From assembly GCF_036321535.1 (NCBI RefSeq), contig NC_087437.1:90646001-90710000 (forward strand): a stretch of 64,000 nt of DNA, read 5' to 3'. The position numbers and the translations under genes were made by a program. Positions 63,456 through 64,000 of the stretch are shown piece by piece (position 1 is the stretch's first letter; each line of letters opens with the position of its first letter). This DNA is from Camelus dromedarius (lineage: Eukaryota). Below the pieces are notes generated by a model. That model ran no database searches. It was not told the DNA's origin and worked only from the letters and a program-made list of their open reading frames with translations.

Positions 63456-64000
63456 GGCAGAGATCAGGATGGTGAAACAGAAGGTGGAGGAAGAGCTCAC
63501 CTCCTCCCACGAATACACCAAACATACATCTACATGTGGAACAGTTCTCACAGAATACCCACTAAATGGTGGCAGAAAATCTCATACAACCAAAGCTGCA
63601 AGAAATATCACCAAGTAAGTGGGTATGACAAAAGAAAAAAAAAAAAAAGGAAGTGGGATGGGACTAGTGGCCCTGGGAGGGAATTGTGAAAGACAAAAGG
63701 TTCCCTTATGCTGGGAATCCCCTTCACAAGCTATAAGATCAGTTGGGACAGATAGGGACCTTCAAAGGCTCAGAGGAGTGTGCTGTAGCAGGCTTGCGGC
63801 AGGCAGGATACTGTGAGACCAGCACAGATTATCCTGGACACCTTGCTTCACTCTCAACTTTGAGATGTGTGTTTGCTGGTGCCCATAGGGGCTAGGTGCT
63901 GAAACTCAGGCTTCAGTGGACAGGCCCAGGGAGAGGACTGGGGTTTGCTGCATGGAGACCATCTGAAGGACATAGATTGTGGTCCAGGCTACAACTGGGG
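63456..64000 (+). mobile_element. L1 5' UTR running off the window end (possibly a full-length element)
   Basis: 'gagatcaggatggtgaaacagaaggtggaggaagagctcacctcctcccac' is collinear with 23684-24200. Confidence 0.92.

Noticed and set aside
1..64000. CRISPR arrays, operons, tRNA/rRNA/snoRNA genes, CpG-island promoter, or an intact retroelement ORF
   Set aside because: None seen: the DNA is eukaryotic and CpG-depleted, all tandem repeats are microsatellites or local duplications, and all L1/ERV ORFs are disrupted

Overview
This is AT-rich, CpG-depleted mammalian genomic DNA, either gene desert or deep intron. I cannot support any cellular protein-coding exon or RNA gene. Every recognisable ORF in the track is a LINE-1 ORF1/ORF2 remnant or its antisense shadow. 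Roughly two thirds of the window is transposable elements. These include L1s of several ages (L1ME/L1MC/L1MB-type and younger cetartiodactyl-type copies), L2, MIR, MaLR (MLT1) LTRs, ERVL LTR16-type LTRs with one degraded provirus, an ERV1-type solo LTR and several small DNA transposons (MER20, MER45, MER53, MER58, MER63-like, Tigger-like). The young L1 3' ends, and the absence of Alu, B1/B2, BovB/Bov-tA and PRE, suggest a non-ruminant cetartiodactyl, most likely a camelid; this is recall-based inference. Family names come from remembered consensus sequences and need RepeatMasker/Dfam confirmation. I see no new biological system. The most interesting signals are mutational and retrotransposition architecture: a four-level TE nest at 20.9-31.3 kb, a twin-primed L1, a 35-bp templated insertion within an L1, an L1 3' end inserted at the homologous position of another L1, two ORF1-only L1 halves that break at the same motif, recurrent microsatellite-associated duplications with fold-back or captured filler, and a very young TSD-flanked L1 fragment.
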